From positions 28,445 to 92,444 of the forward strand of contig JBGPTW010000002.1 in NCBI GenBank assembly GCA_041490825.1: DNA of 64,000 nt, in the 5' to 3' direction. Each line of letters begins with the position of its first letter. Position 1 is the stretch's first letter. The DNA comes from Candidatus Methylomirabilia bacterium (lineage in GTDB: Bacteria > Methylomirabilota > Methylomirabilia > Rokubacteriales > CSP1-6). Below the pieces are notes generated by a model. It did not search any database. It was not told the origin of the DNA and saw nothing but the letters and a program-made list of their open reading frames with translations. This document shows positions 1 to 12,068 of this stretch, in pieces. Made by a program: the position numbers and the translations under genes.

Positions 1-45
1 CTGAGGGAGCACTGGGGCGACGTGGAGATCATCCACCTTACCTGA
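1..45 (+). CDS. 3' end (14 codons, ...LREHWGDVEIIHLT*) of an upstream gene running off the window; function unknown
   Basis: Open frame from window edge to TGA at 43-45, followed by GAGGAG SD of next gene; too short to identify. Confidence 0.3.
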   Translation: MREHWGDVEIIHLT

Positions 46-100
46 GTCCGGGAGCGGGGCGGTCGCAGCACGCGACCAGCACGCATCTGAGGAGTGAGGA

Positions 101-3436
<3,336 letters not shown>

Positions 3437-3462
3437 GTGGGACTTCTTGGAGACGTAACAGC

Positions 3463-4426
3463 TTACAGCGCGCGACCCCAGATCATCGCCAAATTCTCTA
3501 GGAGCGGCAAAGGGAACGACGCGGCCCAGGCATCCCGCAGTCGAAAGGCGTCGCGTTCAAGCCGCTCGAACACCATGAGCGCCTCCGGCTGGAATATGAG
3601 CGGATTGCATCGGTCGTCATCGCGATAGGCCTCGAAAAGTTCATCGAGCTTCTGCCGGTTCCTGGCAACGAAACTCCGTATCAGCTCGCCGAACTCCTTC
3701 CGCTCGCGAGCATCGTAGAGTCCTTCGAGTACTGGAATGATGTCGAGCGACAGCTCCCGGTCATAGGGGCGAGCCACAAACTGGTAGAAATGTTGCTCTA
3801 TCTCTGCCAACACTCCGGCTTCCGGTGCTCCAGGCAGCATCTCAATTGCCTTTCGGGCGTCCTGCACGGTCTCATCGAACAACTCGATCAACGCCATCAA
3901 CCGGTAGATCCGCCGCTTAATTTCAATCGGAGTGTCTCGCGCCGGCTTGTAGAGAAGGCGATGCGACACATCGGCCCAGCAGTTCTGTGCTCGGGTGTGT
4001 ATCTGTACTTCCGCGATCAGACCCCGCCACTCAGCGCGCGCGACATCACCATCGTGGAGCGATACATCGAAGTGGACACCGAGATAACCCAGCTCGTGGT
4101 AATCAAGCCCGAGCGTCTTGTTCTCATATCGTTCGACAGCAAATCTTGCGCGAATGACTTCCTCCACGACTGGAACGTCGTCGACGAACGTCACGACAAC
4201 GCGAATCCCGGCTTTGTCGTGAATCTCTTCGTACGGCGCGCCGTATGATTTTCCTCAACACCTTCTTGAGAAGGCTGGCGACCTCCTTCGGTCTCGCATC
4301 AACCGAGCACGGTAGCCCGCGCCGCTGGAGGTCGGTTTTCAGGAGCGTGCGAATATGATCGCCGAGAGCTCCATAGACGGGGCGGTCAGCGATCCAGCGT
4401 TCACGGATCGGTTCGAGGTCGATCAT
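3463..4426 (-). pseudogene. RelA/SpoT-domain (small alarmone synthetase / toxSAS-like nucleotidyltransferase) gene interrupted by a 1-nt frameshift
   Basis: Two overlapping frames (4124..4426 and 3463..4194) together give a RelA/SpoT synthetase fold: N-part ...ARPKEVASLLKKVLRK, C-part ...YGAPYEEIHDKAGIRVVV...LDYHELGYLGVHFDV...AEVQIHTRAQNCWADVSHRLLYK. Frame switch maps to an A4/T4 run near 4246-4256. ATGA overlap with upstream gene. Confidence 0.75.
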
Positions 4427-5469
4427 CGCTTGCCGTGAACGCGATCCAATCGGTCTTCAATCTGAACTCGTGTCCGTCCATCGTCGAGCTCAGACATCTG
4501 GACATGATCGCGGAATGACTCCGGTGAGCCCAGGACCGCCAGCCCGCTAGAGGAGTCGAGCTGAAGGCGCTGAATCTGACCCGCGATGAGCGTCGTGTCC
4601 TTCTGAACTACCGTCGTTGAGACATCCTTCGTTTCGAGAAACGTGATGTAACGCTGGCGATCATCGAGTTCGAGATGGCGCTGAGCAAAATCGCGAGGCC
4701 GTAGTAGGGTGGCGGTATCGTTCAGCTCGGCGAGCAGGGCGATGTTGTAGCGGGCCTTGAGGATGGGATCATTCACCTGCGCGTTGATGAAGTCCTCGGT
4801 CGCATTGAAGAAGCGCTTGGTACTCACGTCGGGCGCCTCCAAGAGCGTGCACCCGAGGAACCGCTTCAGAAAGAAGTCAGCGACCTCGGTCTTTGGCAGG
4901 TAGCCGCGCTGTTTGTCAGAAACGGCCCCCGCGATGGTGTCACCGTCTCCATCGGGCTTGATGAAGAGGCCGATCTTGAAGACCTTCGTCTTTGCGTTTA
5001 ACATCAAGTCGCGCAGGTGTTCGATATTGAAGGTCCGCTTCTCCTCGACGCGGGCCTGTTCGACTCGTACGCCTTCCTCCTTCTCAACCTTCAGAATTGC
5101 GAGGGCGCGCCGGCCCCCCACCGCAACGCGTGCCACAATGACGAGGCCCGGGGGGTTCACGCCCGTCTGAGTCGCATATAGGTGCTGCGCAATGGCGACC
5201 GACTTCTCAACGAAGGAACGACCGTCGCCGAGATACCCGGTAACCAGGCCGGGTACGGGCGAGCCGGAGGTTGCATCGAACGCGACGTCGTATGCAGCTG
5301 TTGTCAGGCTGCCTACAATCCGCTCTTTGAAGTAGTTCTTCAGTTCTTGCGTAAGTGGGCTATCGATCTCGCTGAACACTGGCTTCGGCCCGCCGCCGCG
5401 CGCAGGACGGGGCGGCACCTCATGAACTATGAGGCGCTCGACGGCCAGTCGCCCGAGATCAATTTTCAT
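4423..5469 (-). CDS. NdpA/YejK-family (37-kDa nucleoid-associated protein-like) protein, 348 aa
   Basis: From internal Met260 of ORF 4423..6246: MKIDLGRLAVERLIVHEV... aligns with the YejK N-terminus (MSLDINQIALHQLI), and FFLKRFLGCTLLEAPDVSTKRF with the YejK FFMDFLGASEG region. The upstream 260 aa of the ORF is low-complexity and not coding. Region is visibly lower GC than flanks. Confidence 0.7.
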   Translation of the reverse strand: MKIDLGRLAVERLIVHEVPPRPARGGGPKPVFSEIDSPLTQELKNYFKERIVGSLTTAAYDVAFDATSGSPVPGLVTGYLGDGRSFVEKSVAIAQHLYATQTGVNPPGLVIVARVAVGGRRALAILKVEKEEGVRVEQARVEEKRTFNIEHLRDLMLNAKTKVFKIGLFIKPDGDGDTIAGAVSDKQRGYLPKTEVADFFLKRFLGCTLLEAPDVSTKRFFNATEDFINAQVNDPILKARYNIALLAELNDTATLLRPRDFAQRHLELDDRQRYITFLETKDVSTTVVQKDTTLIAGQIQRLQLDSSSGLAVLGSPESFRDHVQMSELDDGRTRVQIEDRLDRVHGKR

Positions 5470-5599
5470 GCGCGCGCCACAGCCTTGTGATTTTAGCAGG
5501 CCTGTGCGCCACCGGAGAACGGTGATGCTAACCGTCGCCGCCGCGGCCTTCGCCGTGCATGAGGCCGCACGGCCCGTCCGCGTGAACGCGCGCGGCTGA

Positions 5600-5827
5600 G
5601 CAACGCACGCGCGGCGATTCCACACTCGGCGCCGCGGCCAGGTCACATCGCGCCAACGCCACGTGCTGCGGATCGCGGCGGGCCGGGGTGCGGTTCGCCG
5701 TCGAGACCTCGTGTCGCGGTTCGGTATCTCGCGCGAGGCCGCGCCCGAGGACTTGGTGGCGCTCGTAAGAGCAGGGCTCCTGAGAAGATCGGGAACAGGA
5801 AGAGGCTCGACGTATTCGCCACCATGA
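5600..5827 (+). pseudogene. Orphan C-terminal winged-HTH fragment (RecG-like/HATPase_c_4-type DNA-binding tail: ...LVALVRAGLLRRSGTGRGSTYSPP*) lacking an N-terminal body
   Basis: 75-codon open frame with no ATG (only an internal GTG at 5663) ending in the characteristic L..LV..GLL.R.G.GRGT.Y motif; lies in the 590-bp divergent intergenic region. Confidence 0.4.
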
Positions 5828-6057
5828 CGCGCCCACCCCCACCACGGACTGCCCGTTACGGGGAAGGCGCCTGTGACGCTGTACCAGGTGTCGGCGCCGC
5901 CGACTGGGCCGGAGAGTTTTGCCCTGGTCGGGGAGGTTCGCCGCGAGGTCCGAAGTTGGCGCGGTGGCGGCGGAACCAAGCCTCTGGCCTTCGGAGCGGC
6001 CGGAAGAAGAGTGAGGAACCCCCTGGGCTCGTGTAGAGTCTGACTTCGAAGGACACC

Positions 6058-7044
6058 ATGGCGACCAAGGACCACGTCAGGGCGCTCGTCCAGAGTCACG
6101 CCGAGGGCGACGACGAGCGGTTCTACGCGATCGCGATGCAGGTCGCTGCTCAGGCGGCACGTCAGGGGCATACGAGATTCGCCCAGGAACTCCGTGACCT
6201 GGTCGATCAGGCGAAGGGTCGCACGAAGAACGCGTCGCCAGGACAACGGACCAGACCGGTGCCTGTCGTTCAGCCGCGAGGTGAACTCGCCGGCCTGTTA
6301 ACAGCGACCTACCCGAAGACTCGGCTCGGCGACATGGCCCTGGATGACGCGGTGAGGTCCCGAATTGACCGCGTACTCCTCGAGCAGCGCCAACGAGAGC
6401 GGATCCACGAGCACGGATTGTCGCCTCTCCGGAAGCTTCTCCTCATCGGCCCACCGGGGACCGGGAAAACGATGACGGCAGCCGCGATGGCGGGCGAGCT
6501 TGGGTTGCCGCTGTTCAGCATCCAGCTCGACGGGCTGATCACGAAGTACCTCGGCGAGACGGCCGCCAAGCTGCGACTCATCTTCGACGCGATACAGCAG
6601 ACTCGGGCGGTGTTCCTCTTTGACGAGTTCGACGCCCTCGGCGGGGAGCGCGCCGCGAGGAATGAGGTTGGCGAGATTCGCCGCGTGCTGAACTCCTTCC
6701 TCCAGTTTCTGGAGCAAGACGAGTCAGACAGCATCATCGTCGCGGCCACGAACCACCCGAAGCTGCTGGACCAAGCGCTCTTCCGGCGCTTCGATACGGT
6801 CATCGAGTACGTGCTGCCATCGCCAGGAATCGCGGAGAAGATCCTCCGCGGGAGGCTCGCGTTCCTGGGCACGTCACGCATCGAATGGCCGCAGGCCGTC
6901 GAGGCCGCCGAGGGCTTGAGCCACGCCGACATCACCCGTGCTTGCGAACACGCGGCGAAGAAGGCGATCCTCGCGCACCGTACAAGGGTCGAGACCGAAG
7001 AGGTCACGGAAGCGCTCAAAGAGCGACTGCCTGCGCGCGGATAA
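6058..7044 (+). CDS. AAA+ ATPase (classic AAA clade), first gene of ATPase + S8 protease pair (ietA-like)
   Basis: Walker A LLIGPPGTGKTM, Walker B VFLFDEFDAL, sensor-1 VAATNHP, arginine finger region LFRRFD; GAAGGA SD; followed 20 nt later by the protease gene. Confidence 0.85.
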   Translation: MATKDHVRALVQSHAEGDDERFYAIAMQVAAQAARQGHTRFAQELRDLVDQAKGRTKNASPGQRTRPVPVVQPRGELAGLLTATYPKTRLGDMALDDAVRSRIDRVLLEQRQRERIHEHGLSPLRKLLLIGPPGTGKTMTAAAMAGELGLPLFSIQLDGLITKYLGETAAKLRLIFDAIQQTRAVFLFDEFDALGGERAARNEVGEIRRVLNSFLQFLEQDESDSIIVAATNHPKLLDQALFRRFDTVIEYVLPSPGIAEKILRGRLAFLGTSRIEWPQAVEAAEGLSHADITRACEHAAKKAILAHRTRVETEEVTEALKERLPARG

Positions 7045-7064
7045 CTGCCGGGGTCGGTGACCAA

Positions 7065-9605
7065 ATGCCCGCTCGACGTAACCGACGGCACCTTATCGTT
7101 CCCACCCCTCCGGCGACGGAGGCGTATACCCCGCATGGTCGGAAGATCAAGCGGCCGTCTTTCCCGGAACCGGCGAACCGACGGAGACACGCCATTGCTC
7201 TGCGGACGGCCCTCACGCGAGCTCAGCAAGAGGCGACCAGATCCCGACAGACCGTGGGAATCGCGGTCCACGGAGCCCAACCCGGCTTGTACATTCAGTT
7301 CGAGAGCCCGCCCGGCGTGGAGCTGAAGCTTGAATCGTTGGAGGACCGCCGCAAAGGAATCGAGATCGTTGCGGTTCAGATGGTACGCCGGCCGGACGAG
7401 CCCGCGATTCAGTTCGCGACGGTTTTTGTTCCCGATGGTGCACTGAAGCACTTCGTCACGAGGTTTGAGCAGTACTCGGAAGAGCGGACCTCGAAAGGTG
7501 AGCCGCGACACAAGGACATGGTGGACCGTATCGCTGCCCTGCGCCGAGCGAGCCTCCGCGCACTTTGGACGGACGACCCTGAGGTCTACCCTGCGGCCGG
7601 CGAGTCAATCTGGTGGGAGGTCTGGTTACGCCGGCATGACGGTCGGGAGCTCGAGCGGATGCTGGAGTTCGCCAACCTCGTTCACCTCACGGTGGGCGAG
7701 CGCCGCCTGGCCTTCGACGACCGGCTCATCGTTCTCGCGCGGGGAACCGAGGAGCAGCTCTCGGGATCGCTCGACGTTTTGAATGACGTTGCCGAGGTCC
7801 GCAAGGCCAAGGAGAGCGCTGCGTTCTTCGTCGACGCTGCGCCTGACGAGCAGGCAGCGTGGACCGATGACCTGAAGCGACGGACGATCTTGCCCTCGCC
7901 GGAGGCCCCGGCAGTTTGCATTCTGGATAGCGGAGTGAACCGTGGCCACCCGTTGCTCGAAGACGTGATCGGGCCGAACGACGCAATGGCAGTCGACCCA
8001 ACATGGGGCGCTCACGACGACGGCGGAGGCCCCGATAACATGGGGCACGGCACCGAGATGGCCGGGCTCGCGGCGTACGGTGACCTCGCCGACGTGCTCG
8101 CCTCCGGCGCGCCCACCCGCCTGTGGCACTGGGTCGAGTCGGTGAAGATTCTCCCACCTACCGGGGCCAATCCGCCCGAGCTGTACGGCGCCGTGACAGC
8201 GCAAGCGGTGAGCCGTCCAGAGGTGAACACGCCGCAACGCCTGCGGGCGTTTTCGCTTGCGGTGACCTCGACCGACAAACGCGATCGCGGTGAGCCGACG
8301 TCCTGGTCGGCCGCCATCGACGCCTTGGCGGCTGGCCGCACGTTCGACCCGGCGAGCCACGGATTGGTGTATCTCGATCCCGCCGAAGAGCAGGCGCACC
8401 GTCTCTTCGTCGTCAGTGCCGGCAACGTGTCAGCAGATCGGCTCGACGTCGCCCACCTCGACCGCAGCGATGTGGAGCCCGTACACGATCCAGCGCAGGC
8501 GTGGAACGCGCTGACCGTAGGCGCATACACCGAGAAGGCAGCCATCACGGATCCCGCGTGGGATGGATGGTCTCCGATCACTCCGCCCGGGGACCTGTCG
8601 CCGTGGAGCACGACGTCCGTTGCATTCCAGGATGCGTGGCCAATCAAGCCAGACGTGGTGTTCGAAGGCGGGAACGCCGCCCACGACGGGACCACGATTG
8701 ACTTTCCGGTCGCTGAGCTTTGCGTGCTGTCGACGTATTACAAACCGACGGAGAGATCGTTCGTCCTGTCCTGCGCCACAAGCGCCGCGACGGCTCAGGT
8801 GGCCCACATGGCCGGAGTCATTCGTGCGGAATATCCTGAGTTGTCGCCGGAGACCGTCCGCGCTCTCATTGTTCATTCGGCCGAATGGACGAAGGCGATG
8901 CAGGCGCGCCTTCGGGGCGCGGGTGGTAAGCGCGCCCGGGCGAAGCTGGTGCGACGTTACGGCTTCGGTGTTCCGAACCTCGACCACGCCCTGCGGAGTG
9001 CCAGCGACGCGCTGACGCTCGTGGTGCAAGCCGAGATCCGGCCCTTTGCCGACGGGAAGATGCGCGAGATGCATCTTCACCAACTGCCGTGGCCGAAGGA
9101 GGTGCTCGAAGAACTGGGGCAAACGTTTGTTCGATTGCGCGTGACGCTCTCCTACTTCATCGAGCCGAACCCTGGCCGGCGGGGATGGACCAGGAGACAC
9201 AGGTACGCGTCACATGGCCTTCGGTTCGAAGTGAAGTCCCCGACCGAAACCATCGACGATTTCCGCAAGAGCTTGAACAAGCGAGCGCTGGAGGAGGAGG
9301 AAGGCAAACCGGCCACCGGTGGCGATTCCAGCGGGTGGTTTCTCGGTGAGCAGACCCGCTTCAAGGGCTCGATCCACTCGGATACGTGGAGCGGCACGGC
9401 GGTGGACCTCGCTGAGCGCGGCGTGATCGGCGTCTACCCAGTGTCGGGGTGGTGGAAGGACCAGCCCAAGCGAGACAGAAGCCAGCTCGGTGCGCGTTAC
9501 GCGCTCGTGGTCGGCATCAGCACCGAGGCTCAGGAGGTCGACATCTGGACACCGGTTGCGCAGCAGATCGGCGTGCCGATCCAGGAAACGGTGCTCGAGG
9601 TCTGA
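7065..9605 (+). CDS. Subtilisin-like S8 serine peptidase with long N- and C-terminal extra domains (ietS-like)
   Basis: Catalytic Asp (CILDSGVNRGHP), His (MGHGTEMAGLAAYG), Asn (VVSAGNVS) and Ser (SCATSAATAQVAHMAGV) motifs all intact; about 250 aa N-terminal and about 250 aa C-terminal non-catalytic regions; start taken at first ATG after the upstream stop. Confidence 0.85.
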   Translation: MPARRNRRHLIVPTPPATEAYTPHGRKIKRPSFPEPANRRRHAIALRTALTRAQQEATRSRQTVGIAVHGAQPGLYIQFESPPGVELKLESLEDRRKGIEIVAVQMVRRPDEPAIQFATVFVPDGALKHFVTRFEQYSEERTSKGEPRHKDMVDRIAALRRASLRALWTDDPEVYPAAGESIWWEVWLRRHDGRELERMLEFANLVHLTVGERRLAFDDRLIVLARGTEEQLSGSLDVLNDVAEVRKAKESAAFFVDAAPDEQAAWTDDLKRRTILPSPEAPAVCILDSGVNRGHPLLEDVIGPNDAMAVDPTWGAHDDGGGPDNMGHGTEMAGLAAYGDLADVLASGAPTRLWHWVESVKILPPTGANPPELYGAVTAQAVSRPEVNTPQRLRAFSLAVTSTDKRDRGEPTSWSAAIDALAAGRTFDPASHGLVYLDPAEEQAHRLFVVSAGNVSADRLDVAHLDRSDVEPVHDPAQAWNALTVGAYTEKAAITDPAWDGWSPITPPGDLSPWSTTSVAFQDAWPIKPDVVFEGGNAAHDGTTIDFPVAELCVLSTYYKPTERSFVLSCATSAATAQVAHMAGVIRAEYPELSPETVRALIVHSAEWTKAMQARLRGAGGKRARAKLVRRYGFGVPNLDHALRSASDALTLVVQAEIRPFADGKMREMHLHQLPWPKEVLEELGQTFVRLRVTLSYFIEPNPGRRGWTRRHRYASHGLRFEVKSPTETIDDFRKSLNKRALEEEEGKPATGGDSSGWFLGEQTRFKGSIHSDTWSGTAVDLAERGVIGVYPVSGWWKDQPKRDRSQLGARYALVVGISTEAQEVDIWTPVAQQIGVPIQETVLEV

Positions 9606-9796
9606 TCGATGGCGGTAGCCGCGTGTGTCGTCTTCGGCAGACGAACCCCCACTCGATCGATTTGGTTCGAGCGTGGTTCCAACTCACCCAAATTCAGTCG
9701 GCACAGCACGATGCAGGCCACCTCACCACCCCTCGGAATCTCGCGCGCTTGCATCGCCGTGCATGTCAGTGCGCGGGTCGCCGGGCTCACTGCCAG

Positions 9797-10208
9797 TCAG
9801 AAAGCGAGCGCCCGCTCGAGCGCGCCGGCCTCGACCTCTTCCAGCGCATAGCGGACACGAAGCATGGGAGGCTTCACGCGAAGCCTCCGGCGAAGGTCGA
9901 TGGGCGTGCCGAGCAACACGACGTCGCATGGCACGGCGTCGATCGTCTTCGCGAGGTCGTCGATCTGGGTCGTGCTGTACCCCATGGCCGGAAGGACGGG
10001 GCCGAGCGACGGGAAGGTGGCGAACGTGTCGCGCAGGCTTCCCGAGCACCCGGCGCCCCGCCAGCGGCACGTCACTCTCGAGCTGGACCGGCAAGCGTGT
10101 GTCGACGATGCGCGCGGTCGGATTGAGCGCGCGGATTGCCACGCGGGTGGCTTCGATCGCGGCCGCTGGCGCCGTGTCTTCTTTGACGACCACCGCGACA
10201 TCGGCCAT
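9797..10208 (-). pseudogene. Small hypothetical protein (about 137 aa) with an apparent frameshift
   Basis: Protein-like N-part MADVAVVVKEDTAPAAAIEATRVAIRALNPTARIVDTRLPVQLE in one frame and C-part SLRDTFATFPSLGPVLPAMGYSTTQIDDLAKTIDAVPCDVVLLGTPIDL...ERALAF in another; junction in a GC homopolymer-rich stretch near 10040-10060. Confidence 0.4.
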
Positions 10209-10445
10209 CCGGAGATTCGTTTCGCCCGGATGATAAGTGTCTTCGTCATGATGGCGACAGCCGAGAGCAACTCGAATGCCACGCTCGATTCCAGGAATTT
10301 CGCTGGATGAACGGGGAGTCACCGTCCCACCTGGGGCGGAGGTCCCCGGCCCCGGGCCGGTCATCCTGCCCATGTCCCTGAAATGGCGACGCGGCAAGCC
10401 TGGCACCGGGGTTGCTCATTGCTCGATGGACCGGAGGCCAAGGCG

Positions 10446-10886
10446 ATGAAGAGAATCCTTCACCCGACTGACTTCTCGGAGTGCGCGCAGAAAGCGCTGG
10501 AGGAGGCGACCGCGTTGATCCGCGCCTGCGGCGGGGAGCTGATCCTGCTCCACGTCTCCGTGGAAGCGCCGCTTTATAATGAAGCCATGTTCGGCCTCGC
10601 CAAGCCGCAAGCCGTCTACGAAGCGCAGCGAAAGTGGGCGGAAGCCGAGCTCGCCGAACGGGCGGCGAAGCTGACCGCAAGCGGTGTGGCCACCCGTAGC
10701 CTCGTGCGCTCCGGTGTGCCGTTCGAGGAGATCGTCGAGGTCGCGCAGAAAGAGGCGTGCGAACTGATCGTCATAGGCACCCACGGCTTCGGCGGCCTCA
10801 ACCGCTGGCTGCTCGGCAGCGTGGCCGATCGCGTCGTGCGGTTGGCGTCGTGCCCGGTGATGACGGTCAGGATGCCGGCCGCCTGA
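10446..10886 (+). CDS. Universal stress protein (UspA family, single domain)
   Basis: MKRILHPTDFSE...LILLHV...VIGTHGFGGLNRWLLGSVADRVVRLASCPVMTV: canonical Usp ATP-binding motif G-2x-G-9x-G(S/T); GGAGG SD. Confidence 0.85.
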   Translation: MKRILHPTDFSECAQKALEEATALIRACGGELILLHVSVEAPLYNEAMFGLAKPQAVYEAQRKWAEAELAERAAKLTASGVATRSLVRSGVPFEEIVEVAQKEACELIVIGTHGFGGLNRWLLGSVADRVVRLASCPVMTVRMPAA

Positions 10887-10905
10887 GATCACGACGATCG
10901 TTCCA

Positions 10906-11787
10906 ATGGCCATCGCCAAGTTCCCCATCGTCGTAGGCACGGACGGCTCCTCGACGGCCGGGGCTGCGCTCGCAACCATGCGGATGTTCCCCTGGCCGGA
11001 GGGCGCCAAGGTCCACGCTGTCGTGGCCCGGCGCACGCGCGCGACGGCGGGACGGCCTCGCTACGTCGTCATGGCCTTCGACCGGGCGTTTGCGAAGGCC
11101 GCGTCCGACGCGCGAGCGCTCCTCTCGCGGCGGTGGCCCGACGTCGGCGTCACCGTGCTCGACAAAAGGCCTGTCGAGGCACTCCTTGCCGAGGCCCGCC
11201 GGGTCGGGGCAAAAGCGATCGTCGTCGGCTGGCGCGGTCACGGTCCCATCGGCCGCTTGCTGCTCGGCAGCGTGTCGCGAGGCATCGTGCGGCACGCGAC
11301 GTGTCCCGTGCTCGTGGTGCGGCAACGGTCGAAGCAGGTCCGGCGGCTGTTGATCGGCATCGACGGATCAGACAACGCGCGTCGGGCCGTTGACCTTGTC
11401 ACGGCGTTTCCGCCGCCCGCCGGCGCGTCGGTCACGCTCGTGACTGCGCTCGAGCCGATCTCGCTGCCGTCGCGCGCACTGCTCCCGGCTCAGGTGCGCC
11501 ACAGAGTTGGCCAGGAGCTGATGGCGCTGAAGGCCGAGATGGCCAGCAACGCGAGGCGCGAGCTCGACAACGCTTCCGCGAGACTGCGCGACGCGGGCTG
11601 GCGAGTTCGCACGATCCTGTCGTCCGGCACGCCACTGGCCGTGCTCCTGACCGCGGTCCGGCAGACCCAGGCCGATGTCCTGGTGATTGGCGCTCGTGGC
11701 TCTACCGGGCTGCAGCGATTCGTCCTTGGCAGCGTCGCCGAAGGCGCGTTGAATCGCTGCGCGATCCCGGTGTTCCTCGTGCGCTGA
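10906..11787 (+). CDS. Universal stress protein with tandem Usp domains
   Basis: Two repeats each ending in ...VGWRGHGPIGRLLLGSVSRGIVRHATCPVLVV / ...IGARGSTGLQRFVLGSVAEGALNRCAIPVFLV. Confidence 0.85.
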   Translation: MAIAKFPIVVGTDGSSTAGAALATMRMFPWPEGAKVHAVVARRTRATAGRPRYVVMAFDRAFAKAASDARALLSRRWPDVGVTVLDKRPVEALLAEARRVGAKAIVVGWRGHGPIGRLLLGSVSRGIVRHATCPVLVVRQRSKQVRRLLIGIDGSDNARRAVDLVTAFPPPAGASVTLVTALEPISLPSRALLPAQVRHRVGQELMALKAEMASNARRELDNASARLRDAGWRVRTILSSGTPLAVLLTAVRQTQADVLVIGARGSTGLQRFVLGSVAEGALNRCAIPVFLVR

Positions 11788-12068
11788 GCCTCGGCGCCGC
11801 CGCGTCCCGCCTCTACCGCTCGAGCACCTGTTCCTGAGGCACCATGATGAGGCGCCCCCACCACTGCTCCGCATCGGCACAGGCGATATCCGGGGCGCTC
11901 CGGCTCTCGGTGGGGCCGGCACGCCACGATTGAGGCGGATGAGGGGCAGCCGATGGCGCCCAGGGTCTGGCCAAGCCCGCGAATTCTTCGGCGACGAGCT
12001 CGGCATCACCCATGCAGTAGTTCGACGTGTCGCTGAAGATGAGGCTCATGGCCTCGAAGGAGAGAACG

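Noticed and set aside
5470-6246. N-terminal 260 codons of the 4423..6246 ORF (would make a 607-aa NdpA-like protein)
   Set aside because: The translation is low-complexity with no similarity. Homology to YejK starts exactly at the internal Met (MKIDLGRLAVERLIVHEV), and the extension would consume the whole divergent promoter region.
9650-9710. tRNA-like GGTTCGAG/TTCCA string downstream of the protease gene, considered as a possible tRNA or att remnant marking the island end
   Set aside because: Could not fold a credible T-arm/acceptor stem or find a CCA-proximal acceptor complement. Likely coincidental.
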